A stretch of 39,635 nt of DNA, taken from positions 1-39,635 of the IMG/VR virus record IMGVR_UViG_3300043403_000123, one strand, 5' to 3'. A program made the position numbers and the translations under genes. This DNA is from a virus (lineage: Duplodnaviria; Caudoviricetes). The notes beneath the pieces are model-generated. The model did not search any database. It had not been told where the DNA came from and was given only the letters and a program-made list of their open reading frames with translations. Positions 8,775-20,100 of the stretch are shown here, piece by piece; the stretch's first letter is position 1; each line of letters starts with the position of its first letter.

Positions 8775-11066
8775 TTATGCCGCATCTTCCATCATTTCAG
8801 GCATCATGGCCCCACTTTCGGCTTCCTGCTTTAAAGTGGTGTCGGTTAGTTTTCCATCCACTTCCAGTCCTTTTATCCTTTCCCGGCTATCTACATCCAT
8901 TTGCTTTACAGCAAGTAACCGCCTGGTAATCTCCTGTTCCAATTGCATTTTAAAGCCAAATTCAACCTGCATGGTTTTCCGCTTTTCTTCTTCTGCCTGC
9001 ATATTGCTCATGCGTTGTTCTTCCCCGTTTACCTTTTGCATCTGCATGGCTTCCTGCTGCTTTTGCTCCCTGCGCTTTTCTACTTTGTAGGCAAGCATCT
9101 GTTGGGCTTGTTTCAGGTTGTAAGTAGTCAGGATGGTAAATATCTCCGTTGGGTCAATAAATCCCTGCTCAATGCTGCTTTGCATTTGGCTTATCAATAG
9201 CTGCTTCTGTTCATCATTTGGCCGGGCCTCAATCATTATATCATAATCCCTTTCAGTAATCTTGTTATCCATTTCCACAAACTGCAGGCTTGTGCCGTTC
9301 ACGCCGGGAGCATAACCAAAATACTTCCCCTTTGCCCTTACCGTTTGTTGCACCCTTATCAGCATGCGTTTGCTTAGGGTTTCAATAATGTATTTATCGC
9401 ATCGCATGAGTGGCCTAAGTGCCGTATTGGTGCTTTGTTCAGCCATGCTTGCCACCCCGTTTAGCATCCTGTCGCTTGGGGTACTGCCATCTGTCACTTC
9501 ATTCAGGCCAAGTACATCACGCATTTCCTGTTTAATAAGTTGTAACTGGTCGTAAAGCCTCAAAAATTCGCCAAACGATTGGTTTTGCATAAATTCAATG
9601 GGCTTAGCGTTCCCGTTGCTTTGCCCGCTTATCTGGCTGCCACGGTACACTAATATGCCGCGCTTAATGAATAGTCTTATTTTGGCTTCCTTATCCATGC
9701 CTACCCCGTTAAAAACAAGGTCGCTATCTTCAAGCGCATCTTCGTTTATGGCCCATCCGTTTGGTACCATTTCGTTCCGTACATTCTGAATGTTTACCCT
9801 GGCAAGTATGTAATCATCGGCCAATGGTATAAGCCTGTCAATGTAGCTTGCTACTATCATGTTATGAATATCATCTGCTACTCCCCAATAGTTCAACTTG
9901 GTTTTTATCATCTTTTCGGGAGTGGCATAATTTCTTGCCATGTTTTTTATAGGGCCAAAATCATAAATAAGGTCGGTACCTACCACCCATTTGCCCCCGT
10001 AAACCATATCAACCTGCTTGCTGATCTTGTTCTCCGATTTTTTACCGGCTTTGCCCCAATACTTTTTTACCTGCGGGTTACCGTACTTACTTACCCCTTC
10101 TTCTACATTCAGGGTGTCATGTGTCATAAATTCAAAATCAAACACAAGTGCTTCGCCTCTATCCCTGTCCTCAATATTTTGGCTTTGGTAGGCAGGGTAT
10201 TGCATCCCAATTTTGTTGAAAGGGTTTGGGCTGTTTGCCTGGCTTTTTACAACCTGCATTTCTTCGGTATTAAAATAGTTGCTCAGGGTGGCAAGGGTTA
10301 CTTTAAAAAATTCACCGGCAAACCTTAAATCTTCAAACCTTTCGCTTTCGCTTTTGCTGCTTACAAAGTTTCTCAGGTTTACTTTCCTCCATGCAGGGCG
10401 CTTGTTATCGTCCAGGTAGTCTTTAAACATGGCTACTCCATGGTACACCAAATCCTTTACCCAATCCGGGCGCTGCACCCATGTGTTTGTTTCATGCAGT
10501 ACGGCACTAATAACCAGTTCAGCATCCATGGCACGGTTAAACTGATCGGGGAAGCCGTTGCGCATTTGTAATTCCTGTATGTCCTGCGGTTCGCCGGGTG
10601 CTGGCTGCAGTACCGGGCTTTGTGCGCTTTCGGGGTCAACCTTTGCCATCATTTCGCGCATCATCAGCTTGCTCTTTATCTCGGCAATTTTCTTGTTATT
10701 TTCATCACGACTCAGCATATCAATGGGTGTGCATACCGGGCCGTACTCAGCTATCAATACTTTTTCCACTGCCATTTTTATATACTTTGGCAAGGGGCCG
10801 GTTGGGGTAAGGTCAGCATTCATAAAGCTTCTATCCTGCTGATCGCTGATATTCAGCAACTTCATGTACTTTTCAATGGGCTGCTTATTCATGCCGTACA
10901 ATCGCTGCAGGTCGTACTTCATAGCATTACCGGCAAATATCCTGTACTCGCCGTTGTTTACCTCGCTTGCTATGGCCTTGGCCCAATCAATGCAATACTT
11001 TTTTTGCCCACCGCTTTTGGTGTCGTATTTGCGTACATCATCATGATCAGGAAATAATGCTTTCAT
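8775..11066 (-). CDS. Portal protein (763 aa, crAss-like size)
   Basis: Directly downstream of TerL. Helical, with portal-type segments (VLGLNEVTDGSTP, RDYDIMIEARP) and a Gln-rich C-terminal barrel-like coil. Confidence 0.85.
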   Translation of the reverse strand: MKALFPDHDDVRKYDTKSGGQKKYCIDWAKAIASEVNNGEYRIFAGNAMKYDLQRLYGMNKQPIEKYMKLLNISDQQDRSFMNADLTPTGPLPKYIKMAVEKVLIAEYGPVCTPIDMLSRDENNKKIAEIKSKLMMREMMAKVDPESAQSPVLQPAPGEPQDIQELQMRNGFPDQFNRAMDAELVISAVLHETNTWVQRPDWVKDLVYHGVAMFKDYLDDNKRPAWRKVNLRNFVSSKSESERFEDLRFAGEFFKVTLATLSNYFNTEEMQVVKSQANSPNPFNKIGMQYPAYQSQNIEDRDRGEALVFDFEFMTHDTLNVEEGVSKYGNPQVKKYWGKAGKKSENKISKQVDMVYGGKWVVGTDLIYDFGPIKNMARNYATPEKMIKTKLNYWGVADDIHNMIVASYIDRLIPLADDYILARVNIQNVRNEMVPNGWAINEDALEDSDLVFNGVGMDKEAKIRLFIKRGILVYRGSQISGQSNGNAKPIEFMQNQSFGEFLRLYDQLQLIKQEMRDVLGLNEVTDGSTPSDRMLNGVASMAEQSTNTALRPLMRCDKYIIETLSKRMLIRVQQTVRAKGKYFGYAPGVNGTSLQFVEMDNKITERDYDIMIEARPNDEQKQLLISQMQSSIEQGFIDPTEIFTILTTYNLKQAQQMLAYKVEKRREQKQQEAMQMQKVNGEEQRMSNMQAEEEKRKTMQVEFGFKMQLEQEITRRLLAVKQMDVDSRERIKGLEVDGKLTDTTLKQEAESGAMMPEMMEDAA

Positions 11067-11077
11067 GTTATTTTCGT

Positions 11078-13135
11078 TTAATCGTTTCCGTTGTGTATAT
11101 AGCCCCTTACAAAACTTTCTACCCTTGTGCTTGTTCTGCCTGCTGTTCTTAATGCTCTTATCTGGTTGCGCCGGTCTGCCATCAGCGTGTACATGGCTGC
11201 CATAGCAAGGTCATATTTGGTTCGGTTCTTAAATTCAAACCTCAGCCATTGGTTAATCAGCGTTTTAAAGAATACCTTATTTATATTGGTGTTTATAAAC
11301 TCCTCAGTCATATCCACCCCTGTTTCAGCGTTCTTGTCATTTCCGGGTATCCCATACCCTTCGTATTGGTCCAACTTCATCAGAAATCTTTCGTACCCGC
11401 GTATCTTAAAGTACTCTTCCCAATTGTTTTTGTTGTTTTCAAATAGTATTTGGCATCCAAAATAGTAGCAGGTTTTTATCATATCCTCATGAAAAATGGT
11501 TGGGCTTGCAGGACGGCTATGGTACATCATTATAAAACCATCATTAAGCGGATCGTTGCTGCCGGGGTTATTCTTCATCTTTACAAATGCTCCGGCAAGG
11601 CTCTTTCTCCCTTCATCCTGGACAACTGCATGGCTAAAAGGGTCGCATCCTATTACAAATTCAAGTTTGTTTTCGGGCTCAAAATAAGCACCCCTTTTTT
11701 GTACCATGTTTGGCTGTGGCCCATTTGCCTTAAAATCCCAGCATCTTGTCCACCTGCCGTCTCTGTTGGGTAGCCATACTACTTCTGTATCTGCAAACCC
11801 GTCCTTCCAAACCAGGTTGCCGCGTTCAATCATCTTGCCTGCCAATTCAAGGGCATCAATCCTGTTGTTAAGCAACTCGGCATCATACATGCAATCGCCT
11901 TCTCCGGTAAAGCGAAGTGCCCAATCTTCGTTTAATGGAAGTTTGCGCATCCACCCATATTTGTCTGCCAATGTTTCCTGGCTTTCAATTAAAATCCTAA
12001 TGCGCCTTTCGTTTTCTATAACATTGGTAAACCCGTATTTATTAAAGTCGCCTTCATATTCGGCTGCGGATGTAAAAATTTTGTATAATCCGCTTCTTGT
12101 TCTATTCAGTTCGTTTCGCTCTTTGTAGTTGCTATCCTTTACAAGTTTTCTGAATTTGCCGCCACCATCATCAATATCCTCCACGGTAGTAGTATAATAC
12201 TGCTTACCTATAATCCTGCCGCGTTCCATGCTACATGGCGCAACTATCTGGTGCCTTTTTGTAATATCATGAAGTTCTAATTTCCCGCACTCGTCACTTA
12301 CATACCTGTGTATTGCCCATCCATCTACCGCTACCGGCTTTGCAGAAAAATATCTTATCTGGCTTTTCAGGCTGTTTTCTTGCTTGTCCTTGGCGCTCCT
12401 ACGGCCACGCCTGCTGCGGCCCATAAAAAACATACCATTTTCAGGCTTATCGCCTTTATCGGTGTTAAAGGTTGGCTTAAAAAATTCTGGTAGTTCTGTC
12501 CATGGTTCAAGTACGGCACGGATATATAAATCCCCTGCGTCCTTGTCGTTTTTGCTTTGAATAATGCCGTTTACCTGCCTGTTCCGGGTAATGTATTCAA
12601 ATATCCATACACCGCTGCGGTAGCTTTTACCGCTTCGTCTGCTGGTAAATTCAAGCATACCAAGGCAATCAGGATCTTCCAAACAGAATTGGAGTGCGTA
12701 AAAAACCCGCCTATCAACGTCCCGGTAATCAGGGTAACCACCGTTTATGTACCACCAATTCAGGTAGAAATAATGCAGGCCGGTTATGTAGGTTGCTTTC
12801 CCATTATTCCAAAACCATACGCCTTTCATTCTCCGTCCCCACTCCTGCTGCCTGAACGCTTCAAGAACAGAATCTACAAAATCAGGGTTTTTTCGGGCAA
12901 CTCTTTCTTCTTCTTCATCTTCAAATAATTCATCCCAATTATCCGGCAATGGTGTCCGTTCCCAATATTGATCTTCCTGCTTCTTGCTGCGCTTTATTAC
13001 GTCCGTTGGCTCTACCAAATAACTATGACTTTTATCAGGGTTACGCAATTCCCTTACACCATACCCCACGGGGGGGATGTGGCAGGTGAAATCGTACACC
13101 TTTTCAGTAGTTCCGTTTGGTATTGGTGCGTACAC
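11078..13135 (-). CDS. terL: Terminase large subunit
   Basis: YITGLHYFYLNW adenine-binding region, Walker A-like SRRSGKS, Walker B YVSDECGK, and RNase H-like nuclease motifs IGCDPF, ILFENN and KYDLAMA. GTG start. Confidence 0.92.
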   Translation of the reverse strand: MYAPIPNGTTEKVYDFTCHIPPVGYGVRELRNPDKSHSYLVEPTDVIKRSKKQEDQYWERTPLPDNWDELFEDEEEERVARKNPDFVDSVLEAFRQQEWGRRMKGVWFWNNGKATYITGLHYFYLNWWYINGGYPDYRDVDRRVFYALQFCLEDPDCLGMLEFTSRRSGKSYRSGVWIFEYITRNRQVNGIIQSKNDKDAGDLYIRAVLEPWTELPEFFKPTFNTDKGDKPENGMFFMGRSRRGRRSAKDKQENSLKSQIRYFSAKPVAVDGWAIHRYVSDECGKLELHDITKRHQIVAPCSMERGRIIGKQYYTTTVEDIDDGGGKFRKLVKDSNYKERNELNRTRSGLYKIFTSAAEYEGDFNKYGFTNVIENERRIRILIESQETLADKYGWMRKLPLNEDWALRFTGEGDCMYDAELLNNRIDALELAGKMIERGNLVWKDGFADTEVVWLPNRDGRWTRCWDFKANGPQPNMVQKRGAYFEPENKLEFVIGCDPFSHAVVQDEGRKSLAGAFVKMKNNPGSNDPLNDGFIMMYHSRPASPTIFHEDMIKTCYYFGCQILFENNKNNWEEYFKIRGYERFLMKLDQYEGYGIPGNDKNAETGVDMTEEFINTNINKVFFKTLINQWLRFEFKNRTKYDLAMAAMYTLMADRRNQIRALRTAGRTSTRVESFVRGYIHNGND

Positions 13136-13366
13136 TTACTTTTTGGCCTTGGCTTTTTTGGGTGAAAAAATTACCGGGATAACCGGTGCGGGCTCCGGTG
13201 GTGCCGGTGCTGCGGCTTCTTCCTTTTGCACCTTCCCTTCGTACAATTGGTTGGCCTGCGCCACCACTGCTTCCTGATTGCCCTGGCTTACAGGTGCTAC
13301 TTTTTGCTGCCTTAAAAAATCGTAGGCTAATAAAAACCCCTTGTAATCACTGCTAAACTGTGCCAT
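13136..13366 (-). CDS. Small hypothetical protein (76 aa, basic C-terminus KKAKAKK)
   Basis: ATG at 13366 (MAQFSSDY) is preferred because the longer track start (13423) runs through an operator palindrome. Confidence 0.6.
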   Translation of the reverse strand: MAQFSSDYKGFLLAYDFLRQQKVAPVSQGNQEAVVAQANQLYEGKVQKEEAAAPAPPEPAPVIPVIFSPKKAKAKK

Positions 13367-13382
13367 AATCGTGTATTTAATA

Positions 13383-13397
13383 GTTAAACCATTTAAC
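13383..13397. promoter_or_regulatory. Palindromic operator-like site GTTAAA-CCA-TTTAAC
   Basis: Perfect copy, 16 nt upstream of the ATG at 13366 that heads the terminase-portal block. Confidence 0.75.
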
Positions 13398-13440
13398 TTT
13401 TTTAAACAAAAAAAATCAATCAACCACTACCTATTGGGCA

Positions 13441-13473
13441 CCCCTCTCTTTTGGAGAGGGGCTGGGGGTGAGG
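13441..13473. repeat. REP-like GC-rich palindrome CCCCTCTC-TTTTG-GAGAGGGG-CTGGGGGTGAGG
   Basis: 8-bp perfect stem plus GGGGTGAGG tail, in an intergenic gap. It resembles a widespread bacterial chromosomal REP-like family (recalled, not searched) and may also act as a terminator. Confidence 0.65.
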
Positions 13474-13475
13474 TA

Positions 13476-14111
13476 CTAACCCAATCCTGCCATCATCTCC
13501 GGGGTGTACCTCAGCTTGTTCTTCTTTACCAATTGATCGTCATTGGCAAATAGCTGCTTGTAGTATCCATCCAATGCTGCCCCAATTGCATCAAGTTCTT
13601 CCCTCAGCTTACCTTTAATGGTGTATGCTGTCAGTTCGTCCTTCTCCTGTACAATCATACCCTTTTTAATGGTAGCTCCATCATCCCCGGATATGGAAAC
13701 ATTGTTGCTGCTGCGTACCGGTTGCATCAGCCTTTTGCAATATTCCTCGTACAATTGCTCATTCACCACTACCCTTTGCCATAGTCTGCTGTTGGTAAAG
13801 TTAAACAGATAAACTATAATAGCTTGTACATGAATATCATTGGTTAATTCCTTTAGTTCCTCCGGCAAGGTATTGTGCATCATCAGGTCGGCCAATATCA
13901 GTGCGCGGTTCTTCCTTTTGTCCAATGCCGGTTCTGCCTGAATTAATGGGCTGCCGGGGTCATACATCATTATTATGTACCTGATCACTCTTTCGTCGGC
14001 CACCAATCCACCCATGATCGCTTCCAGCTTTGGGTAACTGTCGTACAACTCAGCCTTCATGGGGTTGAATGCACATGCTTTAAAATCCTGTTCGGTGAAG
14101 TCGTTCATCAT
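13476..14111 (-). CDS. Hypothetical protein, candidate terminase small subunit (211 aa)
   Basis: Helical protein with a YIIMMYDPGSP motif, two genes upstream of TerL. The function is inferred from position only. Confidence 0.45.
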   Translation of the reverse strand: MMNDFTEQDFKACAFNPMKAELYDSYPKLEAIMGGLVADERVIRYIIMMYDPGSPLIQAEPALDKRKNRALILADLMMHNTLPEELKELTNDIHVQAIIVYLFNFTNSRLWQRVVVNEQLYEEYCKRLMQPVRSSNNVSISGDDGATIKKGMIVQEKDELTAYTIKGKLREELDAIGAALDGYYKQLFANDDQLVKKNKLRYTPEMMAGLG

Positions 14112-17100
14112 TGCTTTGCTGCCTTTATGGTTGTTTTGTCGTATTTGCTAAATTCCATCATGTTTTTAACTATCTTATTCATTTCAGATTCGTTTACGCC
14201 CAATACCGCTGCATGCTGCTTCATGGTGGCAATATCATCCCCAAGTGCTACCTGTGCATCTTTAATGGCCTGCTTCTCGGCAAAATAGGCATCATCGGTT
14301 ATGTCACCTTTATCATGCTTGTACTTGTTTTCCCACTCGCGCTTTTTAATGGCATCAGCATCTTTTAGCCTGTCGCGTACATAGGTTTTAAAGTTGCGTA
14401 ACGGATCTACCCTGTATGGCCTTATGCCTATCAATTGCCTTGGGTCAAAATCTACATCAAGGCCTTGCATTTCGGTAAATATATCGTTCCAATCAGCCAT
14501 CCTGCCATCTTCCTTTTTAAACATGCGCTGTACAAAGGGCACGGCACTTGGCATCAGGTCGTGCGCAATAGTAGCCATCTTATCAATTGGACCATACACT
14601 TCCCTGCCCATGGCATCCTTTTCACCAATCAGGGTGCGAGAGAAGCTATTTACAATCATATCCGGCTCTGCGTATGGTACCACCAATTCGGTAAGGGCTG
14701 CAAGTGCGCCGGGGTTATCTACCAATTCATTGCCATTGGTAAATGCGTTGGGGATTTTAAATACCACACTCATTGGTTCAAGTGCATTCAGGTTGTACAC
14801 TTCCCAGGTGCCATCTTCGTTCTGCGTCATGTATTTATCCATCGTACGCATGTATGGCCTGCCAATGGCGTTAATGGCTGCAAGGCGCTTTTTCTTTTCT
14901 TCATCATCATCATTCCACAAGCTATATAGGCCACTCATTGCCATGCCGCCAATGGCTCCCAATCCTTTCAGGATGGCTCCCCTTAGTGTTAAATACCCTG
15001 CTATTCCTACAAGCCTGCGGGTACCCATCAGCACTTCCCTTGCATTGCCGTTCTTCTTCCCTTCCTTTATATCATGCAGTGCATAGTGTACCACGTTTCT
15101 TGCACATCGGATGGCTTCAATCTGGAAGGTTATAAAGTTGCCGAATATCGCAAAGTTCTTGCTTAACCACAATGCGCCACGGTATGCCCTTTGACCGGTT
15201 GGTTGGGTATTCTTCACCCGTTCTGCTGCCTCTTTCTCTATTGCTTCCTTTTCGGTTGCGCTCAGATCATCATAATCCTTGTTATGCCGTACCCATGCAA
15301 GGGCTTCACTTTCTTTTCTCCATCCTACAAATTTACTTGCAGCATCAGCCATGGCATAGCTGCGGGTAATTACGTTGTCGCGCAAACCGCTTTTAAGTTT
15401 ATCACCCCATGCCTGGGCAATGTTGCTCTGCGCCTGTATCATAATGGCATCAGCGTCCCCTTCGGCAAACATATTCTTTAGGTCCTGCATGGTTACGCTG
15501 CCATCAAATAACCCCAATTGAATCATGCGTTGGTTCCAGTAGTCGGTAGCCTTGCTATTGGCAAATACATTGGTAAACCAAAGTTTGGTAGTACGGGCCA
15601 AATCTTTTGCCTGTGTAACCGGGTTGCTCAGATAGTACCCGTTGGCAATATACCAGGCTGCGTTGCTAAACAAGTTAATGGCCTGTGTAACCGGGCTGTA
15701 AACCGTTTTGCCTGCCTTTACGGTACCTGCGAATTTCCGGTAAGCATTTAAAAACTTGTTGCTTGCTTCATGGCCTTCGTTAATGTACTGCGCCACTTCG
15801 GGGGTGGCATACAATCCGCTTAGTGGTGCCCATGATGGGCTGCCATCTGCTGCCACCAATTCAGTAGCCCTTGGGTCGGCGCTTGGATCGTTCTTTGCCC
15901 AAAATACTTTACCCATACCCATATTGAAAATATCGGTAAGGTATTTGGCCTGCATGCGTAATGATGCAAGTTTGGCCACGGTCATTATAAATTGCTCTGC
16001 CGGGTCTGTGTACTCACCATATAGTTTCCTGATTGGTGCCGGTACGTCCTGCCTGCGTTTCAGTATGCCTTTATCCATGCCAAATTCGGTAGTCTTAAAG
16101 CCAAACTTATCGCCTTCGGCTGCAGCAAGTAGCCTTTTCAATTCAAGCTGTGCCAATCTTTCTGCCTCTACATTGTTCTGGAAGCCTGGATTATTCGGGC
16201 TGTCATGGGCAAATATTCCTTCCTTCAAAAAGTTGAGTGCTTCTACCTTAACATTCTCAGGTATCTTTTTTTCCCAATCTTTTTCATTAAATATCCGGTA
16301 GCTTCTGTTCAGGTAGCTGCCCATATTTTCAAGTAGGGTTTGCGCCTGCAGCGGGGTTACCCATCCGTTTACTATAAACTCATTGGTAAGCCTGTCAATA
16401 TGCTGCCGGTACTCGCTTGCAAGGCGCTTGTGCTCAGGTGTTAATGCATCCACGTTGGCGCTTGCTGCGGTTTTATCCGCAATCAGTTCTGCAAAACCCT
16501 GCTGCTGTGCGGGTGTCATTTTCTTAAAAGCAGGTGTTAATTGCTGCTTTAAAAAGTTTTCAGCCTTGCGTACTATCCATTGGCTTTCACCCCTTGCATA
16601 GTCGGCAAGTTCTTTAAACCATGTTGGCATGCCTTCGCTGCTGGTAAAGTTGCGTTTCAGGAAGTCCCATGTTTTTCTTGCAATGCTTTTTTCATTATCC
16701 TGCACCTGTGTTGCAGGTATTAATGGACTGCCCGGCTGTGGGTTGCTGTACAATTGCTTTTGGTAGTTTACCTTGGCTCTTGCCAAAATATTGTCGGCAA
16801 GTAGCGGGTCAAGCCCCTTTATTGCCATTGCTGCCCGTATTATTGGAAGCATTTGTGCATCAGTCATACCCCGGCTTATCAATGGATAAACCTTTTGGTA
16901 AATGTTGGAGAAGTCGGAAGCAATGGGGGTTGGTTGGTTGGGGGCTGCCATGAAATTAGCAGAATCGCTGGTAACAGCTCTTATTTGCAAAGGGTCAATG
17001 GAAACATACGTTACATTGCTTCCTTTGCTTCCATAATTACTGTCATTCATAATTATGCCATCATAACCCGCTTCAATTAACTTTTGATGGAACTGTCCGT

Positions 17101-20100
17101 TATCCGACCTGAAAAATTCCCATGGCAATATTTCTGTCCTGGTAAATTTAGACTGAGCATAAGAAGATAAAAACGTATCTGCCTGATCTGTCAATAGGTT
17201 GTTATCATTCAGCCATTCCCTCCATTCAGTTGGCGTTTTTCGCATTCCAACTAAATCAAGCGGGTTCTTTATTGATAGGTAGAATACCCTTGGTGTAGCT
17301 TTTTCTATCCCTGCAAAGTATTTTGCAAAGGCTTTGGGCCAATTTTTATCTTGTGCAAAATAGAAAAATGAATGATTGCCAAACGTGCCCATGTTCTTGG
17401 GCTTAAACCCGGTAAAGTCATTATCACCATAAACGTTATAATGGTAAACAGGATTGGTAACCTTACTCCCTTCAAACCATTGCTTAAATTGCTCTGTATT
17501 GGGTGCGGCTGCCATGAAGGATGGTTGGGTGGCAATCTGTTTTCCCAACTCGTCTGCTGCAGCCATTTTTTTTCCCCACTTAACGGGTTGCCCTGGTCTT
17601 TCAATATGGCTGTAATTCCACTCGCTTCTTTTTTTGCTGTTGTTGGTAGTAATAATTATATCATTACTTGCCCGAAACTCTTTTATATCAATGTAATTGG
17701 CTGCACGTTCTTTTTCTTTCCGTTCCTCGTCTGCTTGCCTATATTCCTTATTGCCTCTTACTACACTCCAATAATTATCCCTTATAAGCTGATTAAAAAA
17801 TCCGTAATCATCGCTTGGTAATCCTACTTCTTCCCTTATTTTGGAATAATTATTATCAGTCCCATTTTCAATATTTGCAATCAAGGTGGATTTTACTAAC
17901 TCATAAACAGAATCGTTTACGCTTTCGTCCCCAATATACTTTTCGGCTAACTCGTAAATGTTTTGAATGTCTTTTAGGGTGTAATCATCTGCCCCGGTAT
18001 CAATAGTAATAGTTGCTGCTGAAACCTGTAAGCCTTCTGCACTATTTGCATCGCTAACGGCTCTTGTGTGGTCACTTATGCGTATGTCGTAACTTACTCC
18101 GCTTGGGCTGTCAAATTCTACATATTTACTATTTGTTGTCCGGCTTTGGTTGTAATTATCGGGGTTTACGCTAATCTTTTCAAGCCAATTTAATACGCCT
18201 TTATACGTCTGTGCAGGGTTGGCTTTTTTAAATTTAATTTCCAATCCGCTTCTGCCCAATCGTTTCACATCACCTGCTGCCATAAAACGAATATCGGGAT
18301 TACCCGCCATAAACATCGCTACATTTCCGCTTTCATCCTCCCTTTCCTCAATAGTATCAGCTAAATGCTTGTAAGCCTTATTTATTTCTACTGCTTCCTC
18401 CTTTGTTGGGTACGGAAAGTTTTCAAGGGTAAAACCGCTATCCTCTACCCATTGGCTCATTTCCTTAAAGTTAGCCAAATAGTCGTTCTTCTCCCCGGTT
18501 TCGGCAAGTTTGTTTATTATGAAGTTTTCAAATGTCCTTGCTGTCATTTCAACTGGATCACTCCAATACCGGTTCGACCTTGTTTTATCAAGTTCCAAAC
18601 TCCGCTGAGGTAGTTCCGTTGCATTTATGGCATCTACCAATGCTTTGTATGCCTGCATTACTTCCGGCCTTATCCTTTCATCCTTCACCCATTTCCCGGT
18701 GCTGTCTTTCACCAGTCCTGCCCTTGGGCTTGCTGTTACAAATCCTTCGGTGGTGCCGCGCATACGGCTGAAATAGTTATCCATGGCGTGCCACCACTCA
18801 TGGGCCAGGCTTCCGGCTCCTTTGGTTTTGGTAAGGTTAATTACCACCTTCTGCGCTTCAAAGTGTGCGTTGGCTTTGCCGCTACCCCTTGCGCCAAATG
18901 CAAGTCCTAATTTCCCATTCAGGCTAATAGCCTTGGGGTTAAGTCCCATCACTCCGGAAAGGTCCATCAGGGCATCATAAGCCTCGTTTATACTTACCTG
19001 CCTTTCGCCCTGGTTTACCCAATTTCCAAATTCAATACCACGGAAACCAAATTGCTTTGCAAATTCCTCTGCGGTAATATCCTTCCCCTTGCGCCAATTG
19101 CGCCCGTTTCTTGGGGTGTTGGCATCCGGCCTTTCTTCCGGGTTCAGCTTCATGCCATACCATTGTTCTTCAAGCTGTGCCTGATTTTCTTTAAGGTAGG
19201 CAAAGGTGTCTTTGGCGCTGGTAAAGCCTCCTATCATTCTTACATTATCGGTTCCTGTGGCCTTGGCAATAAAGTATTCAAGTGTTTTTCTATCCTGATA
19301 TACGCCAAACTTTACAGCCTTTTTGCTTGCCGTTTCTTTGGTGGCATTTATCATATTCACAAGCCCCCTGGCTGCTGCTTCTATGGTATCAAAGTCCTTT
19401 ATAATAATGCTGCCTTTTACTATGCTTACCCTGGCACCGTCCTTGCTGCTTGTCCATTTTTTTATTTCATACCCTCCTAACTTTGGGTTTACATTGGGAA
19501 AATCAAAGGCATCCATTACCTTGCTGTAAATCTCGTATGCATTGGCAAGGTAGGAATCTGTTTTTTGCCTTATAGAATCGCTCCAAACGGTATCAAGGTA
19601 TTTTGGATCTTCCACAATGCTTTTCACCATATCAATACCTTCCTGAACCCTGTTTACCCAATTTCGAAGCAAGTAAGGCTTCCGGGGTTTGGCAGGAATA
19701 TTCTGATACAGATATTTTATAAACTTGGCACCTTCCTTGCTTATAATCTTATCATCCACCAATTGCTTGTAATCCGGCTCCGGAAAACTTTTGCTTAATG
19801 GCTGGTTTATAATATCTTCTTGGGTAATGTCATTCAGCTTCCTTGCAAGGTCTTTCTTGGCTCCACCAATCTTTTCACCGTAATCTTCAATTTTTTCTTT
19901 TGGTGGGGCTTGTACCTGCTGCACCTGTTCTTTTGTCTGTGGCTTCAAGGCTTCGGGCACAATGGGTTCCATATTTGCCCCAAACATGCTTAGCTGCGCA
20001 GGGTTTACTTTCCCCCCGGCCATTAGCTTTGCTTCTTCGGGTACCATTTCGGCTGCGTATGTATTCATCGCATCCATTAATACAATCTGATCTTCACGCC

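Noticed and set aside
14444-14458. DVDFD (DxDxD) in the giant protein as a possible crAss-type virion RNA polymerase active site
   Set aside because: It lies ~110 aa from the C-terminus in a helical region, without the surrounding double-psi barrel motifs, so it is likely chance. Foldseek would settle it.
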